Program-made: the position numbers and the translations under genes
Notes under the pieces: model-generated
Seen by the model: the letters and a program-made list of their open reading frames with translations, nothing else
The model's database searches: none
Told to the model about the DNA's origin: nothing
In this document: piece by piece, positions 37,879 through 46,556 of the stretch
Layout: each line of letters begins with the position of its first letter
Position numbering within the stretch: position 1 is the first letter of the stretch
NCBI GenBank assembly: GCA_035645855.1
Contig: DASQLU010000067.1
Coordinates: 231 to 64,230 of the forward strand
DNA from: Pyrinomonadaceae bacterium
GTDB taxonomy: Bacteria > Acidobacteriota > Blastocatellia > Pyrinomonadales > Pyrinomonadaceae
DNA: 64,000 nt
Reading direction: 5' to 3'

Positions 37879-39368
37879 GATACGCCCGCCCGGTAAATTA
37901 CCGACTCAACCCTCGCCATGAGATTTCCCTCCTCGACCGGGTGGCGGGCGAGTTCTCAACTTCCCGCTACACCTTCACGGAAGAGGAGGCTTTAGCCGAC
38001 GTGTGGACTTCGGGAGAGGACGTGCGCCTGCGCGAAGACTCACGCTTTTGGGAGATTGAAGGAACCGGGCATTTTCAACTGGCACAGCACTCTCTCGCAA
38101 ACGAAACGCTCGTCGACCGCCTTTGGCAGGGCGTGTGGGACGGTTCCGACGTCGAGTCTGAGTTGCGGCGTCTCGACGAGGCAGCAGGTGGCAGCTATCA
38201 CGTGTTCTGTCCGGCAGACCCGCGCTTCGTAGGGCAGGAAGGAAGGCTGATTTTAGCAGCCTGCCCCACCGTCGCATTTACGGAAGAGGTGCGCGCGGCG
38301 TTTGACGCCTTGGCTGGAGAACTCCTCCGGTACCACCGCCAGAGCGGGACGCCGCTCAACACACGGGAGTTCATCGAACTCGTGCTTCGGATTAAGGACG
38401 ACCTGCCAGTCGAAATCGATGACGTCGAGCAGGCGGAGAGTTGGCTGTGCGGGAGGGGAGAGTGGGCGGAAATAGCTCGCTCCCTGTGGCTCCCCGCAGA
38501 CATGGTTCCGGTTTTGGAGACACCGAAGCCTCTTAGGGTCTGGCGCATCCACGGCGGACACGGTCGAGAGGTCGGGGCGGAAGAGTGTCAGGTTGTCGAA
38601 CCGGCTGAGAGTGAGGGCGATGCACCGGAGGGCTGCGTCCTTCGCTTACCTGACCCTCCGGTCGAGCGACACCCCGACTCCGCCGTCTCCTGGACACACA
38701 CACTGCGCGCCGTACACATCCTCGGCAACTACCTGCCGGTGCCGATTGGTGCGCGCTTTCGCTATCCGCGTTTCGTCGGTCGAAACGGGTCGGTAGCCAT
38801 CCACGCGCTTGCACACAGCACGGGGCGCGAAGGCTACCTTTGGCTTGACCGTGAGCACCACCGATTCTCCGGGGATTTGCTCAGGGATATTATCGAGTGG
38901 GAGGAAGCAGGTCGCAAACTCGTAATCAACTGGCGACCAGAAGGCGTCGTCATCCTCCTTGGTGAGGTAGACCACGAAGTGCTGCGAGAGGAGCGGCGCC
39001 ACGTCGATCCCAAGGCGCTTCACGAATTGAGAATGGGGCGCGGCGAATCTTACCGGCGAGCGCTCGGCACCATCCTTAAACAGCATGACGCCGGTGTAAG
39101 CTTCCGGACTCTTTACGATGAATTGGTGAAAGTTCAAGGACACTATCCTGGCCGTCAGTCGATCCGGGCGGTGCTTACTCAGTCACCCGAATTTTCCTAT
39201 GAAAATTCGGGCTGGCGCTGGCTCCCCGTCCCGGGGGCGGCTGAAACATTCAGGAGGCGCGTCGTACTCGGCGACCTCACGGCTGCCGCGCCCGGGCGAG
39301 GTAATGACCTCGGCGCTCTCGCCGACGCGGTCGGCTCGGCAATAAGGGAGTTACTCTCCCGAGGCTAG
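37875..39368 (+). CDS. Hypothetical protein with C-terminal HARE-HTH-like domain
   Basis: A TTG start overlaps the upstream stop (cacTTGAga, 37875-37878). The C-terminus YRRALGTILKQHDAGVSFRTLYDELVKVQGHYPGRQSIRAVLTQSPEFSYENSGWRWLP fits the HARE-HTH pattern ending in G-W-x-L. No Cys cluster, so it is not DUF1998-like. Confidence 0.6.
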   Translation: MRYARPVNYRLNPRHEISLLDRVAGEFSTSRYTFTEEEALADVWTSGEDVRLREDSRFWEIEGTGHFQLAQHSLANETLVDRLWQGVWDGSDVESELRRLDEAAGGSYHVFCPADPRFVGQEGRLILAACPTVAFTEEVRAAFDALAGELLRYHRQSGTPLNTREFIELVLRIKDDLPVEIDDVEQAESWLCGRGEWAEIARSLWLPADMVPVLETPKPLRVWRIHGGHGREVGAEECQVVEPAESEGDAPEGCVLRLPDPPVERHPDSAVSWTHTLRAVHILGNYLPVPIGARFRYPRFVGRNGSVAIHALAHSTGREGYLWLDREHHRFSGDLLRDIIEWEEAGRKLVINWRPEGVVILLGEVDHEVLREERRHVDPKALHELRMGRGESYRRALGTILKQHDAGVSFRTLYDELVKVQGHYPGRQSIRAVLTQSPEFSYENSGWRWLPVPGAAETFRRRVVLGDLTAAAPGRGNDLGALADAVGSAIRELLSRG

Positions 39369-39414
39369 CGTGCCAGCTATGCCTGTAAGGAGCCAGCCGA
39401 ACCGGTGCCGGTGA

Positions 39415-39570
39415 TGCCAAAAACCCACACTTTTCGAACACGAATACACGTCGGGATTCAACTTCAAGAATGTAAAGATAGGACGCTTCGCGCTCGAAAA
39501 TCCGGTCGCCCGTTTTTATCAAGGCACACGCGGAGATCATGCCAGTGCCACATATGACGGTTTAATGTGA
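39415..39570 (+). pseudogene. Barnase-family ribonuclease, C-terminal remnant only (N-terminally truncated)
   Basis: The frame is open only from 39415: TLFEHEYTSGFNFKNVKIGRFALENPVARFYQGTRGDHASATYDGLM, then a stop. Compare the barnase C-terminus READINYTSGFRNSDRILYSSDWLIYKTTDHYQTF: the E-x-x-YTSGF segment, the Arg and the DH positions are retained. There is no start codon, and its TGA overlaps the GTG of the barstar-like gene. Confidence 0.55.
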
Positions 39571-40055
39571 TGCACCTACCAGAGCAATTCTATCTATCGG
39601 CCAACGAGCCGCCTGTAATCTTCATGCCTGAAGATGAGGCTGATAACTTTGTTTATGAGTTGCAATGCGACCCTGACGGCGGGGCAGTGAGAGTTATCCG
39701 TGGCCGGAAATGCCCCACCTCCGCCGCCCTGCATAACGAAGTCGCAGCCGCGCTCCAATTCCCCGGTTATTACGGCGAGAATTGGGACGCGATGGACGAA
39801 TGTATTACCGACCTGGCCTGGATGCCTGCGCGGTGGTACTTGATTCATGTGAACGACATAGAGCTAATCCTGCCGGACGACGAGAAGGGCTTTAATATCT
39901 TCCTTAGAATCCTGCGTGACGCGGGAAGGGCCTGGGCGCACCCGGAATCGCGTGGTCTGGCTAATGACGAGGAGAGAAGTTGCAGGCCGTTTAATGCAAT
40001 CATCTCCGGCTCGGGAGAGGGGCTTCTACGCGCGGGGAAGGCGCTCGGCCGGTAA
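39567..40055 (+). CDS. Barstar-family ribonuclease inhibitor (immunity protein)
   Basis: LHNEVAAALQFPGYYGENWDAMDECITDL closely matches the barstar core [28 protein letters not shown]. Confidence 0.8.
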   Translation: MMHLPEQFYLSANEPPVIFMPEDEADNFVYELQCDPDGGAVRVIRGRKCPTSAALHNEVAAALQFPGYYGENWDAMDECITDLAWMPARWYLIHVNDIELILPDDEKGFNIFLRILRDAGRAWAHPESRGLANDEERSCRPFNAIISGSGEGLLRAGKALGR

Positions 40056-40476
40056 TGCGCGGGCGCGATCCAGCAACGACACGCGCCCGACCCGAAGCGT
40101 TCCTCCCTTACGCGCAGACCACCGCCACCTTCGCATATCCCACGCCTGACGAAGCCGGATTAAGCAGCGTGCCAATAACCGTACCAACACGCCCGGCGTG
40201 CCACAGGTCAAATATGAGCGATCTGGAAGGCTCTGCTAATGGGCGGGTTCACATAAGGCGATTTATCAGAATTGACAATGAAAATGGCGGACGGGAAAGT
40301 GCGCTTTTGCTGGATCGGGCGGGGCGTGAAACTTGCCCGAATCCTGCAGACCATCTTCCGCGCCGCGAAACAATCTTTGCAACACTACCGAAGTCGCCAT
40401 AGCAGCGAGTGCTGTAACGACCTCTCCCGCTTCTCTCCAAGCAGAGACCAAAACTTATTCCCGCACGTCAATTGCC

Positions 40477-43400
40477 TTACTGCTGACCGAAACGGAGTTT
40501 GTACTCGGTCGAGTTCATGAAACCGCTAACCATCGTGCGAATGTCGCCCGACTGCAGCACCCGCAGCCACGCATCGTAGCCGGCCGATTCAGGCTTCCGC
40601 CGCAAGTACCCGTAGTACTGCATCCCTACGAAAGCATTGTTGTACTCCAAAGCGCCCACCGCGTCCGAGTCCGCGATGGCGCGCAACACCTGCCCGCGCG
40701 TCAGTGTGTTGGCGTTGAGCCTGCCGGTCAGGTCTGCGCCCGTCAGCGTTACCTTCGCGGTGCCGTCCGGCTGCGACGGGTCTGGCATCGTCACCTGCGA
40801 CAGTTGATAGCGCCCCATCAATGCTGCCACGTATTGCGCGTGCGTCATCCCGCCGTAGGCGTTCCGGAACTCCGCCCTCTCCGTGAACAGCGTCGCCAGT
40901 TGCGCTTTGCGTGCGTAGACCTCTTGCGGGGTCGCCCCGGCCACATAACTCATGTCCGAGACGATCTCCGTGTACTCGGGCAGGCGGTTGAAGGCCAACC
41001 GGTAGAAGCGGAAGACGTAGAAGCCTTTTAACTGAAACTCCGGCGAGCGGAAGAAACTCTGCGAGACGGCGATGCGGTCACACAACGGATCGTTGTCGAC
41101 GTTCGGGCAGCGGTGCAAAACATTCGACCACGGCTCGCCCGCCTCGGGCTCTCTGGAGAGGAAGTCGAGGTAGTGTTGGCGCACGAAGAAGGGCGTCGCG
41201 AAGATGGGGTTCGCGGCATTCACCGCATCGTTATCCTGAATGGTGATGGTGGCGACAGCGGTCGCCCCGAGGGACGCGCCTGATGGGTTACTGATGCGCA
41301 GTTGGAAAGTCTCTGCCGCTTCGGCGTGCCCGTCGTCGATGATCGGCACGGTGAGAGTCTTTGAGACTTCGCCCGGGGCGAAGGAGAGCGTGCCGACCGT
41401 GATCGCAAAGTCGCAGCGCGCGTAGGCGCCGCCCTGATTGTTCACGCGGTCGGCGCACCCGACCGTGAAGGTGTCCGCATCCGCCGTGCTGTAGTCCACC
41501 ACGGCCGCGCCTGATGTATCCCCTGTCCGCACCACCGAGACGGTGGCGCGTTCCGCGCCTTCGCTGAAGCTGTAGCTCGCCGCCTCGAATTGAACCGTGC
41601 CCACGGCCGTACGGCAGGCGGCCGAGAGGATAAGCGTGACGTTGCCGGAGCCCTGGTTGGCGACGGCGATGTCAGGCCGGGAGTCGCCGTTAAAATCGGC
41701 GAGCGCGAGCATGCGCGGGCTGGCTCCGACGCCGAGCTGGCCGGCTGCACTGAAGCCGCCTGCGCCGTCGCCGAACAGGGTGGAGATGGTGTTCGACACG
41801 TTATTGAGCACGAGCAGGTCGAGTCTGCCGTCGCCGTTCAGGTCGCCCGCGGCGACCTTGTTCGGGAAAATCCCGACCGCGTACTCACCGGCCGCGCTGA
41901 AGCCGCCCGCGCCGTTGCCGTGTAGAACGCCGAGCTTGCTCGGGTCCTGGTACGTCACCGCGAGGTCGGCTTTGCCGTCGCCGTTGAAATCGTTTATGGC
42001 GACGAAGTTCGGGCGCGGGGCGGTCGGGAGGTTGGTGTTACTCGCGACGCCGCCCGCGCCGTTGCCGAGCAGGATCGTCAGGTTGTTCGTGTCGTAGTTG
42101 GGGACGACCAGATCGGGGCTGCCATCGCCGTTCAAGTCTCCGACGATGGCGGCCATCGGGGCGATGCCGACGGCGAAGTTGACCGGACTAGCTAAGCCGC
42201 CCGCCCCGTTGCCGAGCATGACCGAGACGCTGTGCGGGCTGCGGTTGACGAGAATTAAATCCAGCTTGCCGTCCCTGTTGAAGTCGGTCGTCGTAACGAA
42301 GACGGCATGGCTGGGGCCGACGTGGCCGCCGGTGAAGCCGCCCGCCCCGTTGCCGAGCAGGATCGAGACGCCGCCCCCGATGAAGGCCAGATCGAGGTCG
42401 CCGTCGTTGTTGAAGTCGCCGGCCGCGACCGAGTCCGGGGATAAGCCCGGCACGTTGAAATACGAGGGCGCGGCGAACTGCCCCGCGCCGGTGTTCAACA
42501 TCAAGGCGGCACGGCTGCGCGTGGAGTCGGGCGCGACCAGATCGGGGCGGCCATCGCGGTTGAAGTCGCCCGCGACCACCCAGCTGGTGGAGGTGGTGCT
42601 CCCCACCCTGAGGGTGGACGCGGTGGTGAATGCACCGTTCCCCTCGCCGAGCACGACGGACACGTCGTCGGAGCCGAAATTGGCGACCGCGAGATCGACG
42701 ATCTGATCGCTGTTAAGATCGGCGGCGACGACCGCGTGAGGCTTGCCGCCGGTGGGGAAAGACAGCTGCCGGGAGAAGCCGCCCGCGCCGTCGCCGAAGA
42801 GCACGCCCGCCACGTTCGTCGGCTGGTAGACGCCGGCCACGTCGGCTTTGCCGTCCTGGTTGAAGTCGCCCGCGACGAGCGCCGTGACTTCCGTCGTGAA
42901 CTCGACCGGTTGCCCGAACCCGCCAGCCCCGTTGTTCAAGAGGATCGACACCCTGCGGTGGTTCGGGCTGGTGACGGCAAGGTCGGGCCGGCCGTCACCG
43001 TTGAAGTCGCTCGCCACCACATGGAAGGGGGCGGTGGCGGCGAAGAAGGAGGAGGCGGGGCCGAAGTTGCCCGTGCCGTCGCCGAGCAGGAGCGCTGCGT
43101 TGTTGATGGCGCTGCTCACCACCACCACGTCCAACTGGCCGTCGCCATTAAAATCGGCCACGGCAAGCTCGCGCGGGACGGAGACAGCGGGGTGATTCAT
43201 CGTCGGCGCGAAGCCGCCCGTGCCGTTGCCGATCAGGATAGAGATGTTTCCGACGCCGGTGTCGTGGCTGGAGTTGGACACGGCCAGATCAGGGCTGCCG
43301 TCTTTATTGAAGTCCGCCACGACGGCGAAGACCGGGTTAGTACCGGTGCTGAAAGTGCCCCCGGCAACGAATCGTCCGTCGCCTGAGCCGAGCAGTAGCG

Positions 43401-43791
43401 TGACGCCGCCGCTGTACTGCACGACGGCCAAGTCCTGCTTAGCATCTTTGTTGAAGTCCGCGACCCTGACGTAGGTGGGGACATCCCCGCCGTCGATGCG
43501 TTGAGCCTCCCCGAACTTACCGCCGCCCACCCCGAGCAGGATCGCAAGGTCTGCCGGGAAGCCCGCATAGACGACCGCCAAATCCTGATGGCCGTCGTTG
43601 TTAAAGTCGCCCGCGGCGACCGAACGCGGGTTATTACCGACCGAGTAGTTGTGCGCAGCCCTGAAGCTGATCGCCGTACACCCCGCGGAGGCGAAAGCCT
43701 TTAGAGCACCCACTGAGTGTGCACAAGCCAGCACAAGGAGAAAACCCAGAAACAGCGCGGCCTGATTTGTCGAAGTGATTTGACGAGGCAT
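40477..43791 (-). CDS. Secreted FG-GAP/VCBS-repeat protein with Calx-beta and C-terminal DUF4214 repeats
   Basis: Signal peptide, then about 14 repeats of the type (A)DFNGDGKxDLAV...G.G...F. Calx-beta-like segments follow (VQFEAASYSFSEGAERATVSVVRTGDTSGAAVVDYSTAD; TLSFAPGEVSKTLTVPIIDDGHAEAAETFQLRISNP), then DUF4214-like FVRQHYLDFLSREPEAGEPW and YYGYLRRKPESAGYDAW. Confidence 0.85.
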   Translation of the reverse strand: MPRQITSTNQAALFLGFLLVLACAHSVGALKAFASAGCTAISFRAAHNYSVGNNPRSVAAGDFNNDGHQDLAVVYAGFPADLAILLGVGGGKFGEAQRIDGGDVPTYVRVADFNKDAKQDLAVVQYSGGVTLLLGSGDGRFVAGGTFSTGTNPVFAVVADFNKDGSPDLAVSNSSHDTGVGNISILIGNGTGGFAPTMNHPAVSVPRELAVADFNGDGQLDVVVVSSAINNAALLLGDGTGNFGPASSFFAATAPFHVVASDFNGDGRPDLAVTSPNHRRVSILLNNGAGGFGQPVEFTTEVTALVAGDFNQDGKADVAGVYQPTNVAGVLFGDGAGGFSRQLSFPTGGKPHAVVAADLNSDQIVDLAVANFGSDDVSVVLGEGNGAFTTASTLRVGSTTSTSWVVAGDFNRDGRPDLVAPDSTRSRAALMLNTGAGQFAAPSYFNVPGLSPDSVAAGDFNNDGDLDLAFIGGGVSILLGNGAGGFTGGHVGPSHAVFVTTTDFNRDGKLDLILVNRSPHSVSVMLGNGAGGLASPVNFAVGIAPMAAIVGDLNGDGSPDLVVPNYDTNNLTILLGNGAGGVASNTNLPTAPRPNFVAINDFNGDGKADLAVTYQDPSKLGVLHGNGAGGFSAAGEYAVGIFPNKVAAGDLNGDGRLDLLVLNNVSNTISTLFGDGAGGFSAAGQLGVGASPRMLALADFNGDSRPDIAVANQGSGNVTLILSAACRTAVGTVQFEAASYSFSEGAERATVSVVRTGDTSGAAVVDYSTADADTFTVGCADRVNNQGGAYARCDFAITVGTLSFAPGEVSKTLTVPIIDDGHAEAAETFQLRISNPSGASLGATAVATITIQDNDAVNAANPIFATPFFVRQHYLDFLSREPEAGEPWSNVLHRCPNVDNDPLCDRIAVSQSFFRSPEFQLKGFYVFRFYRLAFNRLPEYTEIVSDMSYVAGATPQEVYARKAQLATLFTERAEFRNAYGGMTHAQYVAALMGRYQLSQVTMPDPSQPDGTAKVTLTGADLTGRLNANTLTRGQVLRAIADSDAVGALEYNNAFVGMQYYGYLRRKPESAGYDAWLRVLQSGDIRTMVSGFMNSTEYKLRFGQQ

Positions 43792-44094
43792 GAACGAGAC
43801 TTCCTATCAAAGCGTGGTGCCGGCCTTGCACATTGAGCGCGGTCACCTCAGCCCGGGCGCTTGCCGCAGTGAGCCGGGAACTAAGAACCGGCCTGTAGAT
43901 TACTTCTGAGGAGGTCTTGGCAGCAAGCGCTATCGGCGTCCGTCGTGGCCGCAGCCCGGAGATGAACGGCATTGGAAGAGACGCTCGACCGGCGGGAGGT
44001 GCACGGCCTCCTGCGTGGAGTCGGGGGGGAGGTGGTCGAAGTCCGAGGCGACGGGGGGTTCGACTTCCGGGACTGCTACGCGGCCATCCACGAG

Positions 44095-44283
44095 CGCGCG
44101 GGCGCGTGCAGTCAGCCCGCCGAAGGAGCGGGTGCTGCAAATCGTTCCATACTGCTGAACGAACTCTGGAAGGTTATCGAAGCGGTGAATATGATGAGGA
44201 AGGGTCAGGTCAAAAGATTAAGTGGTAATGATGTAAGAGGCCAGGCAAAGTTCATCTCGAATCTCTTTCAGATCGCCGCATAA
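44095..44283 (+). mobile_element. IS6-family (IS26-like) transposase C-terminal remnant, frameshifted
   Basis: One frame reads RRRSGCCKSFHTAERTLEGY. A shifted frame continues IEAVNMMRKGQVKRLSGNDVRGQAKFISNLFQIAA and then a stop. Together these resemble the IS26-type C-terminus (..KRxxxxxLGFKSxxTAxxTIxGIEVMxxLRKGQ...F). No DDE core is present upstream. Confidence 0.55.
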
Positions 44284-44339
44284 TAGAAACAACGCGCAAT
44301 CTTTTGCGCCTCAAAATAACCTTTGCAACACTGCCGAAC

Positions 44340-44696
44340 TTATTCCCCGGCATTGAGACTAATGATCAGCGCCTTACGCCCTCCAAGCTTTCGGATAGTA
44401 GCTCTGTCCCCGGACTTTTTAGCAACAACCTCGCCGAGAGGAACGTCCGGGTCTTTCTCCCAACGCTGCGGCGCGCGATGGTGAATTAATGACTCAAGAT
44501 CGTCGGCCAGAGTCTCATCGGGCGTCGGGCCCTGGTAACTTAGTTGTTGATTTTGAAAGTGCCTGTTTGAGCGATTACGCAACGCCTTACGTAACGGAAT
44601 AGACTTCCTCGCGGCGTGTGGAGCTTCGCCATAGCAATTCCGGCGATCCCGCTCATAGCTCAGCTTCTTCTTCTCTTGAGGCGTTCTTTTCTTCAT
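44340..44696 (-). CDS. Hypothetical basic protein
   Basis: 118-aa ORF in the lower-GC patch with no overlapping alternative ORF of similar length. No recognisable motif. Confidence 0.4.
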   Translation of the reverse strand: MKKRTPQEKKKLSYERDRRNCYGEAPHAARKSIPLRKALRNRSNRHFQNQQLSYQGPTPDETLADDLESLIHHRAPQRWEKDPDVPLGEVVAKKSGDRATIRKLGGRKALIISLNAGE

Positions 44697-44718
44697 AACA
44701 ATTATTATACGTGCAGCC

Positions 44719-44806
44719 CCACGCTCGGCATCATCCGCAGCCCCAAACCTTTACTGGAATTTTGCCAACCTCCGTGTCGGCGGTCGGGTGCATGCCGTTG
44801 TTGATG
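44719..44806. repeat. Imperfect palindromic element, copy A (arms acgctcggcatcatccgcagc / gtcgggtgcatgccgttgtt)
   Basis: The right arm at 44783-44803 is the near reverse complement of the left arm at 44721-44742, allowing 1 indel and 2-3 mismatches. It sits between two minus-strand genes. Related to copy B at 46557-46655. Confidence 0.4.
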
Positions 44807-44834
44807 ACCAGGCGTCGCGTCGGCAGTCGCCGCA

Positions 44835-45248
44835 TCAGCGTCTTGCAAAGATCGGAGCAGCGACAGCGCTACCGATAGTGGCGAAGACGACGTTGAGTAA
44901 GCCGAGGAAGGCAGTCAACGCCGCGACCAGTAACACCCCATCCAGCGGGAGATTCGCCTCCATGGCGCGCTGCTGCAAAGCGTCTTTCGCGATCACCCAA
45001 TGAACCGGGGTGCCGATAATCAGGACGAACAAGCCGCCGATAAATCCCGCCCGAGCCCCGACTTTAAGCGCCCCGCCGAAGCCGAGGGGCATGTGCCGGC
45101 TCGCGAGATAGACAGCCAGCGCGCCGCCCAGCAGCGGCCACAGGAGCGGCCAGGCGCGGCTGTAGTTAATGAGGGCGTTGCCTAAGAACAGCGCCCCGAG
45201 CAGGACGCCACTGATGAACACCGGCTTTCTAATGCGATCCATAATCAT
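44835..45248 (-). CDS. Small integral membrane protein (4 predicted TM segments)
   Basis: 137 aa containing four hydrophobic stretches (VFISGVLLGALFLGNALI, LLWPLLGGALAVYLA, GFIGGLFVLIIGTPV, VLLVAALTAFLGLLNVVFATIG). Confidence 0.6.
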   Translation of the reverse strand: MIMDRIRKPVFISGVLLGALFLGNALINYSRAWPLLWPLLGGALAVYLASRHMPLGFGGALKVGARAGFIGGLFVLIIGTPVHWVIAKDALQQRAMEANLPLDGVLLVAALTAFLGLLNVVFATIGSAVAAPIFARR

Positions 45249-45847
45249 CTCCCATGATTGAGATTCCGGCGTGGGAATTATACTGCCTCAATGCACCTGC
45301 GTCACTATTAGTTTTGGCGCCTGACGCCCGGCATCACTCGCCGCACTCGCAACCGGGCAGGCGTCCAAGTCTGGCGGCATAACACGCCTGGCTGAGAGTT
45401 TAAAGCCGCTCTCGCGGCACACACCTTACCAGATCATCTCCCCGCCAGCACCTAAATATTCGCTCATACTTGCCCTGTAAGCCCCCGGGGAATAATGCCC
45501 ATTCGCCCCGTCTCTTCCCTCTCGGCTCATCTTACGAAGCGCAGCGCAACGTGGAGAGGTCTGTAGGGCAATCTGCTAAATTCGGAGGCGAGCAACAGCG
45601 CACACCTGATCCAGTAATGTAGGTTGTTTATTCATGGCTGTGAGGGGCGATGAATCTGCTAAGCTAAGCGAATAGTGAGAGCGGTATTATATACAAATTG
45701 GGGCATGCAAGAGCGGAAAGTTTCGGCTTTTGCCGCTCTATACCTTAGTTAGGACGACACTATCGGCTTTTCACGCTCCACGGCGAAGTTAGGCCGAATA
45801 ATTCGGCACAATATGCGTTAGCTGGCTTCCATAATCGCAGGTGAGAT

Positions 45848-46351
45848 ATGAATGTCTTAGCGGATTTGCAGAAATGGTATGCGTCTAATTGTGACGAGGA
45901 GTGGGAGCATACCTTTGGGATCGAAATCGGCACCCTGGACAATCCCGGCTGGGCAGTGAATATCGACCTTGAGGAAACCAACCTTGAAGGGAAAGAGTTC
46001 CCGAGGATCGAAGATAATTCATCAGCAGAGTCATGGATTATCTGCTGGGTTGAAGGTAAAAAGTTTCATGGTGCAGGCGACCCCGACAAGCTCGAAAGGA
46101 TTCTTAAAACCTTCATGGATTGGGCGAAATCCCACAACGGTAATTGGCTAAAGCCGCCCGCCCCGATGACGGATGAGGAGAGGCAGATGTATGAAGATGA
46201 GAAGCTATTTGCCTCGCTGGATGGTGAGCTTGAAGGAGAAGGGTGTCAGCATGAGGGCTGTGATCGGAGCCGCATCCGGTATAGCGTGATGTGCCGTGAG
46301 CATCATTTTGCGATGGTCACAGGGCGTACTGTGCCGAAGCGCGTCAGCTAA
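45848..46351 (+). CDS. Imm53-family immunity protein (polymorphic-toxin system immunity), orphan
   Basis: LQKWYASNCDEEWEHTFGIEIGTLDNPGWAVNIDLEETNLEG is the hallmark of Imm53 (W..CDG.WEH..G..I.TLDNPGW.V.IDL..T.L). No toxin gene lies upstream. Confidence 0.75.
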   Translation: MNVLADLQKWYASNCDEEWEHTFGIEIGTLDNPGWAVNIDLEETNLEGKEFPRIEDNSSAESWIICWVEGKKFHGAGDPDKLERILKTFMDWAKSHNGNWLKPPAPMTDEERQMYEDEKLFASLDGELEGEGCQHEGCDRSRIRYSVMCREHHFAMVTGRTVPKRVS

Positions 46352-46556
46352 CAACGGCATGCAGCGGACGCGCAATGAGCCCACCATCATCTCATTACCA
46401 GCCGCTTCTCTTGCGTTTATTTGTCTTGAAGGTTTTCATTGCTATCACCACACGCTCTCCCCGGCCTCACGCAGCCCGCAGGTGCGCCGTAATCCTTTCT
46501 AAATCTTATCGTAATCAATTCGGCCTTTCACAACCCGTCCTATTACCTCACGAGCG

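Noticed and set aside
23434-39368. Classifying the operon as canonical class 1 DISARM or as BREX
   Set aside because: None of the six products shows DUF1998/DrmB Cys-cluster, PLD (HxKxxxxD), PglZ alkaline-phosphatase, BrxC P-loop or Lon-like BrxL signatures. Only the SNF2 + large N6A methyltransferase pairing is shared. I therefore treat it as unclassified pending HMM searches.
40055-41031. Plus-strand ORFs 40055-40402, 40272-40520 and 40333-41031, considered as possible cargo genes after the barstar gene
   Set aside because: There are no motifs. The longest overlaps the well-supported minus-strand FG-GAP/DUF4214 gene, and the others lie in its 3' flank. They are treated as non-coding.
45749-45844. 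31-codon frame ending 4 nt before the Imm53 start (LGRHYRLFTLHGEVRPNNSAQYALAGFHNRR), considered as a toxin C-terminal remnant analogous to the barnase fragment
   Set aside because: There is no recognisable toxin motif and no start codon. It is too short to evaluate without profile searches.
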